Source: Octopus sinensis
Taxonomy: Eukaryota
Length of the DNA stretch: 64,000 bases
Assembly: GCF_006345805.1 (NCBI RefSeq)
Contig: NC_043011.1
Location: forward strand, 54,634,464 to 54,698,463
Reading direction: 5' to 3'
Below are positions 52,968 through 64,000 of the stretch, piece by piece. The position numbers were made by a program, and so were the translations under genes. Below the pieces are notes generated by a model. That model was not told the DNA's origin, did no database searches, and worked only from the letters and a program-made list of their open reading frames with translations. Every line of letters begins with the position of its first letter. Positions within the stretch are counted from its first letter, which is position 1.

Positions 52968-54399
52968 AACACAATATAAGATATATTAAAAATTATATTA
53001 AAACTATGTAAAATGTGTGCATTTTCCTTCTTTAATTTCTTACACACACACACAAACACACACACATACACACACACACACATATATACCAATGATTAAG
53101 TAATGTACAAAATAATAAATGATTATATACTTATATATATAATTACATAATTATATATATAATTATATACTTTTTATTTATTATTTTGTACATTACTTAA
53201 TCATTGGTATATGTTTTTGTCTTCTATTTAATTTTTTTCGGTATGGTATAATTTAATTATTTCATTGTTGAATTGGTAAAAGGTGGTTTTGTTCTAATGT
53301 ATATACATATACATACATACATACATACATACATACATACATACATACATACACGCATACACACACACATACATACATACATACACACATACATACATGC
53401 ATACACACATACATACATATATACATACATACATACACACATACATACATGCATACACACATACATACATACATACATACATACATACATACATACACAC
53501 ATACATACATGCATACAGACATACATACATACATACATACATACATACATACATACATGCATACACATACATACATACATACATACATACATACATACAC
53601 ACATACATACATGCATACATACATACATACATACATACATACATACATACATACATACATACATACATACATACATACATGTGTGTATTTATTTCAGTTT
53701 CCATCCACCAAATCTGCTCACAAGGCTTTAGTCGGCCCGAGGCTATAGCAGAAGACACAATTGCTGAAGGTGCCACGCAGTGGGACTGAACCCGGAACAA
53801 TGTAGTTGGGAAGGAAGAATAACAATGTTGAGAAAATTTTGTACAACAACCAAATCGATCAGAAACTAATGGAAAAATAATGACGACCTAAAGAAGCCGG
53901 ACGCAATATGGAAATCGAACATTACTTATCAGACAACACCCAAACTGATGCATTTAAATACTTGCCAACGAATTATAATTTAGATTAACGAGATGCGATA
54001 ATGAAATAGACTAACAATAAAACAAAATACTGTTGTATACTGGGAGAGTCGTTACATACACACTCATTCAATTTCGCATCTTTATTACTAAATTGGTTAG
54101 TTGTTCAGCCAACTAACTAATCGATTACTCGGTTCGGTTAATCAATAAATCAATCGTCTGTCGATTAGTAAACTGGTTAAATAATTAACCAATTGATTGA
54201 TAATTTAGAACTGAGACAGAATTAGGACGTGTGTTTATTATTGGCGTGATGAACCTCCCAAGATACAAAATCTTCATCACGTGAGTTGACACCAAGAATC
54301 TTGCAAGGCAAATACAAAAACGGAATAAAAATATACAACACCCTAACGTGATATTTAGTTACTTGTCAATAAGAATAAAACACACACACCACACACACA

Positions 54400-54441
<42 letters not shown>

Positions 54442-55016
54442 CACACACAACACACACACACACACACACGCACGCACAAACACAAACACACACACACACG
54501 CGCGCGCTAAAGAGACTGCTGTGGTCGAATTTAATCTTAAAATGTTTCCATATCTCTTGATGAGTTCTTTATGTTATTTTTCAATGGCGTTCCTAAATCC
54601 ATTAGGATTAACTCCATCGGTCAATTCACGTCTCAAGCCCTTCTCTGCTTCGTCATCACTGTGCAATTGCTACTTTGGGAATACTGCTGTAACCATCAAA
54701 GTCAAGCTTAAAAACTATGCAACGGCCAAGTCCTAGTAAATTTCATTGTTTATTTTACGTATGCGTCTGTAAATTTTGTGTTTGCATTTTGCTATTAGCA
54801 TAGTTTCCATAGTTATTCTTCTCGCTTGTTGCTGTTGTTGTTGTCGTCGTCGTTATTGTTGAATTCGATATACATCAGTCGTGTTGTCATATAATAATTT
54901 TCTAATAATATTTCGTGCATTGAATTTGTAACGATATTTATGATTAGGCACACAATATTATGAAATGTCGGAGTCAGCATTTGTAACGATAAAATTTTGC
55001 TGTTATAATTGCATAC

Positions 55017-55586
55017 TGTAGGAAGTGAAAGATGAACAATGCATGAAGTTTTTAAGGAAATATTTATTTACCGTTACGTTACAATACCTTGCCTCAACGG
55101 GCAGGTTATGATATATCCAAAAGCATGCGAAGTAAAGTTTGTGTTTGTGTTCTCTCTATTGTTTAGTAGTAACTGCAGAGAGAGATAGAATGATGTTGTA
55201 AGAGAACAGTGAGAGTTGTAGGGTGTGGGACGTTGTCTCACAGTTGCTGACAGTAAACTTCATTTCTCCCTTTGACCAAGGTTCTAGCTCGTCAGCCAGA
55301 CTTCGTTGAGTCGTCACCGACTGTGACTAACTAATTTTTGCTTGGGATGTTCTTGCTTTTATAACTATCCAGAAGGATAGATATATCATTGAGAACAATA
55401 GATTTAGTTGGTGGTCTTGTTATCTCTATTCTAGATTTTGGTGAAGTAGAAGTTGTTAGAAACGGTCAAGTGGTGAAGACATTATTTCGGCCTAGCTAAA
55501 GGCAACTGGAAAATGTAAAACTGCTGTCATTCGAGTAATATATTTTCAAGTTCTTGAAATCATTTCTCCTTGATTCCAGGATTACA
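55017..55586 (-). mobile_element. Possible solo LTR
   Basis: Minus strand TG...CA ends, with TATAAAAGC (about 55355) upstream of AATAAA (about 55065). No TSD confirmed. Confidence 0.3.
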
Positions 55587-55599
55587 TACAGTTGTATAG

Positions 55600-56258
55600 A
55601 TTCTTCTGGCCAGATTAAAAGGTATATTTATTTTCGTATGTTTGGGATGGCAGGAAGAAAATAGCAGGTATTGTGTTGGGTGTTTTGGTTTGAAGTATAT
55701 GTCAGTTTCAATGTTCCTTATATATTTTTATGATTAAGATATCCAAAACGAAAGATTGTTTTCGTCTTATATTTCACTGGGAATTGGACACTATGTTTCA
55801 TGATATTAATCAGGGTTTCAAAATCAGACAGCTGATCCAGTCAGTGTGTCCATTAGATGAAACAATCGGCTTATATTGGGATTCGAAATCCGGATCAATC
55901 CTGCAAAATCGACGAAGCCGAAGAAATTGGGAAAACGACAGAACAGATTTAGGGTGTTTGGGATAACAGGGAAAATAGTGAAGACGGAAAAGGAGTCGGT
56001 AGGCGAGAGGAATTAGGGGGCTGGTGGATATTGTTAATAGTGATAGAGATATGGAGAATAGTAACAGTGATGTCGGATACGGTGGGGGAAAATTCCAAGG
56101 CAGGAGGAAAAGAGTTAATAAAAGTGATGACCTTACCGATCTGTTGTGTGGGGAGGATGGTTGCACCAACACAGTTATCTATGGAATCGTTCGATCTGCT
56201 AAAAATAGCAGCGAAATTCTTCAAAACCTCTTCATCTTAGAAAAAAGAAAGATACATT
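55600..56258 (-). mobile_element. Decayed Penelope-like RT fragment
   Basis: SIDNCVGA..FINSFPPALEFS and PKHPKSVLSFSQFLRLRRFC (PLE RT thumb region). Confidence 0.75.
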
Positions 56259-56262
56259 GATG

Positions 56263-56955
56263 CAGGTATAACTGTGTGGTTAAGAAGCTAACTCTGCAAC
56301 TATATGGCTTGGGGTTCAATCCCACTGCGTGGTACCCAAGGCAGATGTCTTCTACTATGGCCTTTGGAAATGAATTTAGCAGATGGAAACTGTATAGAAG
56401 CCCGTCATATGTGCGAGTGTACGTATGTGTGTGTATGTACATTTATCAATCGGTGTTTGTTTGTTTACGTCCCCCGTAACTTAGCAGTTCTGCAAAAGAA
56501 AACGATAAAATAAATACCAGACGTTATAAAAGTAAGTAGCAGAGCCGATTTATTCGACTAAAACTCTCCAGTTTGGCCGCAGACCAATTGATTGAAATAA
56601 ATAAAAGATGAACGTGGCTGTGTGGTAAGTAGCTTGCTTACCAACTACATGGTTCCGGGTTCAAAGCCTTGTGAGTGGATTTGGTAGACGAAAACTGAAA
56701 GAAGCCCGTCGTATATATGTATATATATATGTATGTGTGTCTGTTTGTGTGTCCGTGTTTGCCCCCATAGCATTGCTTGAGAACCGATGCTGGTGTGTTT
56801 ACATCCCCGTCACTTAGCGGTTCGGCAAAAAAAACCGATAGAATAAGTACTGGGCTTACAAAGAATAAGTCCCGGCGTCGATTTGCTCGACTAAAGGCGG
56901 TGCTACAGCATGGCCGCAGTCAAATGACTGAAACAAGTAAAAGTGTAAACGAGTA
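56263..56955 (+). mobile_element. Two tandem SINE C copies (an older and a younger one)
   Basis: Similarity to 39652-40060. Confidence 0.85.
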
Positions 56956-57357
56956 ATACTGTTCAATCAGACAGAATTAGGATCCAACAACAACAAATCT
57001 ACCTAATCCCCTTCAGGCGCCTTTTTCTGATTATTATGTTTCGTGGGTGGGTCCGTATGTGATTATACTTTTCCCGACTGGAAAAAAATATGTAATATTA
57101 TTACTTTTTGTATCGTCATTATCACCATTATTTCTGCAATTACGTATTAAAAGTAATCAAGATTTTCGTAAAATTAATTAATCTCTGTTAATTAATTAAG
57201 CTTCAGTTTTATGGATGGTTTACAGTTTAAACTTGAATCGATGAAATCGAAAGAAAAACAAACGAACAGATTTCTAAAAATTAATGGAATTTTTAGTTTG
57301 GCACTTGTCTGCAACAGATGTTTCATTTGATTGTCCGCTTATCACAGTCAGCTGACC

Positions 57358-57359
<2 letters not shown>

Positions 57360-57402
<43 letters not shown>

Positions 57403-57528
57403 TTGGTGGTGGTGTTGGTAGTAGTAGTAGTAGTAGTAGTAGTGTTGGTGGTGGTGTTGGTAGTAGTAGTAGTAGTAGTGTTGGTGGTGGTGTTGGTGGT
57501 AGTAGTAGTAGTGTTGGTGGTGGTGGTG

Positions 57529-57561
<33 letters not shown>

Positions 57562-57753
57562 ATGATGGATGTCGTAGTAGTGGTGGTGATGTGTATACTA
57601 GTAGTAGTAGTAGTAGTAGTAGTTGCAGTGATGGTGGTGATAGTAGTAGTAGTAGTGGTAGTGGTGGTCGTCGTCGTCGTCATGGTTGTGGTAATAGTAG
57701 TAGTAGTGGTGGTGGTCGTGGTTGTGGTAGTAGTAGTAGTCATGGTGGTTGTG

Positions 57754-57803
<50 letters not shown>

Positions 57804-57868
57804 GTTGGTGGTGGTGGTGGTAGTGGTAGTAGTAGTAGTAGTAGTAGCAGCAGCAGCAGCATTGCCAT

Positions 57869-57905
<37 letters not shown>

Positions 57906-58085
57906 CGTAGTGGTGGTGGTGGTCGTCCTCGTCGTGGTTGTGGTAGTAGTAGTAGTGGTGGTGGTGGTGGTGGTGGTGGTGGTGGTGGTGGTAGTAACAG
58001 CAGCAACAGTAGAGATTGTTCTTGTATATTGATTGTTGCTGCCGTTGCTGTTGTGGTGGCCGTCGTCGTCGTCGTCGTCGTCGAA
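57360..58085. repeat. Compound (AGT/GGT/CGT)n microsatellite
   Basis: Direct reading; source of the poly-S/G, poly-V and poly-T ORFs. Confidence 0.9.
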
Positions 58086-58403
58086 GTCTCTGTTGTTGTT
58101 ATTGATTCGACTCCTTAACTCCAGAGAAGAACCGACGAGAAGTACGCAGAGACGCGCTCTGCATGAAAATCAAATGCTAAAGTTGCTGTGAAGATACTTA
58201 ATGGTGCAAAACGAAGAAGCTTCTTTAATTTATTAAAATCTCACGCGTAGCGAGAGGAAGTAATCATTAGATTAATTATTAATTCTGATTAAGAAAGCCA
58301 GGGGAAACAACTCTGAAATCTTAATTAATTAAAAATATTTAAAAAATAGAATGTGTTCCATGCAGTAGGAAATATGCCTGACTTTGGTAGGGAGGGGAGA
58401 AAA

Positions 58404-58444
58404 CTCCAAGCATATTTCGGTTTTATTAGACCTCTTCAGTGAGG
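58404..58444 (-). ncRNA. Degenerate hammerhead-like motif
   Basis: CCTCA-CTGAAGA-GGT-CTAATAAA-ACC-GAAA-TATG-CT-TGGAG. Core and stem II intact; cleavage site altered. Confidence 0.45.
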
Positions 58445-58489
58445 TATAAACTTTACTAGTGTTGTTAAATGAAAATGAAGATGTATCTT

Positions 58490-60306
<1,817 letters not shown>

Positions 60307-60900
60307 CGAGATTTCCTTTTTTTTCCCCCGTTTTTCGCAAATGAACACCGAGTGGTGTTATAACATCGACGAATTATTTGGGGTGGGGGAATATAACCGA
60401 ATAAAAGGTCCTTTGTTGATTAGTGTTGTCCTTATGTTTGTGACAGGAAGGTGTATTTGATACCAGGAGTAAAGAAGACGGTTTTTCCAGCTTAATATTG
60501 ATTCTTGTTGAGACTAATCCTGTAACACTATGTGAAATAATTGATTTCGCTTGCTGTATTCAGACAAGCATTCGTTGTTATAAATAATATTGTGAATAAT
60601 ACACGTTGCACGAAGATCTGATAAAATCTTGGAGAATCACAAATATTATAAAATAAGTTAAGGCGGCGAGCTGGCATAATTGTTACCGCGCCGGACAAAA
60701 TGCTAGGTGACATTTCTTTCGTTGAGTGAAACAAGTAAAGGATAAGGATCTGTAGCGAACGCTTAGTGAAATTCTCTCTCTCTCCCCCCCTCTCTCTCTC
60801 TCTCTCTCCCTCTCACTCTCTTTCTCTCTCTCTCTCTCTCTCCCCTCCTCTCTCTCTCTCTCTCTCCCTCTCACTCTCTTTCTCTCTCTCTCTCTCCCTC

Positions 60901-61358
60901 TGTCATATATAACATAAATACGGGCGTAGCAGATAACAGCTAACCTGCGGCCGTTTGGACCCTGTTGTGTCCACTACTCTGATTGATTGGTATTGGCACA
61001 ATTTGTCTCTTGCTTTATTATGCGACAATGTGCAACCCAACCAATAGCAACCTTCTGATAAGGTCCCGTGACCCAGTCTTCTAAATCTCCGTTTGGAGCC
61101 TCCTAGTTTCCTATAAAAGCTAGATCAACAAACCGTATTTCGTCTTTGGTTCTAGACCTTCTAAGGTCTAACCACTGACCACAGAGCACACAGCCAGTTC
61201 CAACGACAACACCAACACCTTTCACTTAACATTCTACGGTTGTGTCGTCTTCCTTTTTCCTTCTGACACTTGTACTCATTTATCCATTTTTGCTTTTATT
61301 GTAAGCGACCGTGCGAGTCATTCATTCGTCACCTCTCCCTCCGCACGGTCGTTCTACA
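60901..61358 (+). mobile_element. Possible LTR-like segment
   Basis: Begins TGTCA after (CT)n; ATTGG/CCAAT boxes; TATAAAA at 61112-61118; ends TACA. No partner LTR or clear PBS seen. Confidence 0.35.
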
Positions 61359-63670
61359 GATCGCTTCTACTATTCAGTAGACCATTGGAGACTCTTCGCT
61401 GTCAATGTGTTCGCAGATCGGATCTTTCCTGGTGGGAGACTGAATATATAATCGTGCAATTTGTTAATTGGTGGTGGGAGGGTATGGGAAGCGAGATGGT
61501 CGAAACTAAAGCTTCTGGATTTCCGGGGACTCTTCACGCCGCGGTGATGGCGCGTGGTCTATTGTTTTAAAGATCAAACGATAATCATACATAAGATTAT
61601 TCAATAGCTGCTTCATTGTTTTCAGTCGCTTTGTTAAAGACAATCCTTAATCTCTGCAGATTAAGAGAAATTTTTTTTTTTTTTTTGATGAAGTGGATGC
61701 TTCAATAATCACGGGTTTGGATTCGAAATAGGAATTAGGAGATTGTTCAAATAAAATAATAGACATTCTTTCATACAATTTCTTTCGGTCTTTTTGCTTT
61801 ATTAGTTTCTAAATTCGGCAAATTTAAAAATGAATCAAGTGGATTTCAGATTCAAAAAAAATAATTAATTTAAATATTTAATCATTGCAATCTCGTTTTC
61901 TTAAGCTTCTGGACAACGAGGTGATCGAACTTCGCAAGCTATATTTGAAGGATTTCATTTTCCTAGCGTTAACATAGGATAAAATAATCTTATCCGATAC
62001 CAAGGCTGAGTCATCGGCGTAATCCGGATCTGTGATTGTAAAAGCTCGGTATTTGGAACTTCCTTTTGTTGGGATCTACTTAAGTGCAAAGAAAGGATCA
62101 AGATAAAGTAAGAATGGAAAATGGACAAGCGTATCTCCTTGTAAAACAACACAAAGAATGAAATAATTCTGTGTTTCCTTCAGGTAAATCTACCTTTTAT
62201 CAAGTCTTTTTGTAGAGCATCATTATTACACCTATTATTTCTTGAGGGATTTCAGAAGCTTGTAGAATTTGTAGCATCTTAAAATTCACCAGTAACAGAA
62301 TGGCAGGAAGCCCTTTTTTTGCCCCAATGTCATCTATAATTCATCTGAGAGTTAATATTTACCCAGTTGTCGAATGATTCTTTCAGAATTTATTCTGGTT
62401 TCTAATAAAAACTCTTAATGGGTTCCGGCCATATATGGTGGTCGTATATCATTATGTCATCATTCTTTACAACAACAGCTGTTAAAGAAATACTCCGATA
62501 ATTCCGTCCAAAGTCTAAATCACTTTTTATAGGGAAAAGATCCATTTACTGGATGGGTTACGATCGTAGATAGAGTTGCGCAGTCGGAGAAGTACAGCAG
62601 TAAATACTCCAGCTTTCCGGACCGCTTGGCGGTATGTTACCTCAGACAGGAACTCTTTCTGTTTTCGATTTTAGTCAGAGCTTCTGTCAATTTATAAGCT
62701 TAACTTATCCAGTTTGATATTCAGTTTGTGTTTTATGATTGTTACTAAAGATTATTGCCGCTGACTGATGTTTTCCCCAAAAAATTCCGACTTTATAAGA
62801 TTGTCTCATTAATTCGGATTAATTTGGTGCGCGAGCAAAACTGAAGTTTATTTACATTAAATTAAAAGAAGCAGTTACTAAATACATCGGAAACCACACA
62901 CGGTGCATTGAGGTTTTGTATGCGTTCCTTTAATTATTATTTTGACTTTTTTTTTTTAATTTATTGTTGATCTTCATGAAAGACTGTCTTCCATTTGCCG
63001 ATCGTTGATCGATCACGACTGCTTTTAACTGAAAAACAAATCAACCACATCTGGATATATTTACTCTAATCCAGTCAATTACAGGAAGTTTTAGTAATGA
63101 TTATCCGTTTATAGATTGTCTTCTGATGTGGCCACACTTCTTGACTGGTAGCAAACCTCCGTTCATTAACAATTATAACGCTAACAACGTAGATGACACA
63201 TTATGCGGCAAAAAGAGATTACCAATCAGTCTGTAACTAAAAGCTTCGGATCAAAACGTATCGGGACTGGTGCTTTGAAAAGAAAACTATAAAAAGAAAA
63301 CTGCAACACGTATTAATTCGGCATTCAGTCTCCTTCGAACTGGTTCCCTTTTGAAGTCACAGACTTTATCCGGCGTCGTTTCCGTGGATAGCAGCATCCC
63401 TGAAACACCGTTTTTTAGAACAGCGAGCAGTTTTCTCCTCGCATTTTCTTGGATATCCTCTCGATGTCTTGAAATCTTGTTGGGGATCTTCCACTATGAA
63501 GATTGAGGCTTGGTTTTGGGGTCGACCGTTTTCAGAAAGTTTTCCACTTCCTCAACATAATCAATAAGATCCTGCGCAGCTGAAACCCGATCTGCTTTTC
63601 AAAACGACCACACTCTACACACTCTACACACTTTGTTGTCACGCTTTTCTTCGAAGCACTGCTGTAAACA

Positions 63671-63772
63671 AACGGAAGTGAGTGAGAACGTTATAACTTA
63701 GTGTGCATGCGTGTCAGCGTTCAAGGCCAAACGCCTTCACTCTGCGCACTTTGGCATCGTTACTATAGCAAC
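63671..63772. promoter_or_regulatory. Candidate promoter: RFX X-box plus ETS site
   Basis: GTTACTATAGCAAC at 63759-63772 and ACGGAAGTG at 63672-63680, in relatively CpG-rich unique sequence. Confidence 0.5.
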
Positions 63773-64000
63773 AGTTCCGATACTTTTTTTGTCAGTAACT
63801 AAAAATATAATCAGTGAGTTTAGGTTCAGAGAGGAATAATGCTTGAATTGACCTTAAAGATTGACTCGAACCTTTGACCCCTTTAGACAAACCCTTTCAT
63901 CGTTCATTCATTTATCTCTTTCAATCAAACTACAACCCAATGTGTTCTTATCAAAATGCAATGTGTTGTTTGATCGTTTCTTTGGGTGTTTAACGCAAGA

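Larger units (their letters stand above)
51015..53042 (+). mobile_element. 5'-truncated Penelope-like element (Neptune-like Cys linker) with inverted terminal pseudo-LTR copies
   Basis: RT motifs LVSFDVINLYTNIPH, YRQKCRIAMVTKAAHVPANLVMG and RYLDN; CGRPNCGKC linker; GIY-YIG-like LIYVITCSDCGHHYIRQT. Inverted repeats at 51015-51158 and 52900-53042. ORF 51171-52658 is disrupted. Confidence 0.92.

Overview
AT-rich, microsatellite-saturated animal genomic DNA. The tRNA-derived SINE families and the repeat landscape suggest an octopus (inference from recalled repeat families, not a search). Almost all ORFs in the supplied track are microsatellite artefacts. Supported host genes are one LRRC51-like CDS in a single exon (19883-20569, +) and one tRNA-Glu(CTC) (48991-49062, +). 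The rest is mobile DNA: four decayed Penelope-like elements (PLEs), R4/Dong-like RLE LINE fragments sitting in (TAA)n, RTE remnants, mariner/Tc1/pogo relics and many SINEs. The most striking unannotated signal is about 17 type I hammerhead-ribozyme-like motifs from several sequence families. They lie in PLE termini and in short non-coding elements embedded in (TA)n, often as inverted pairs. They show C3-G8, A3-U8 and U3-A8 covariation and palindromic minimal stem III. All folds were read by eye, and cleavage activity is untested. A 100-N assembly gap lies at 31015-31114.
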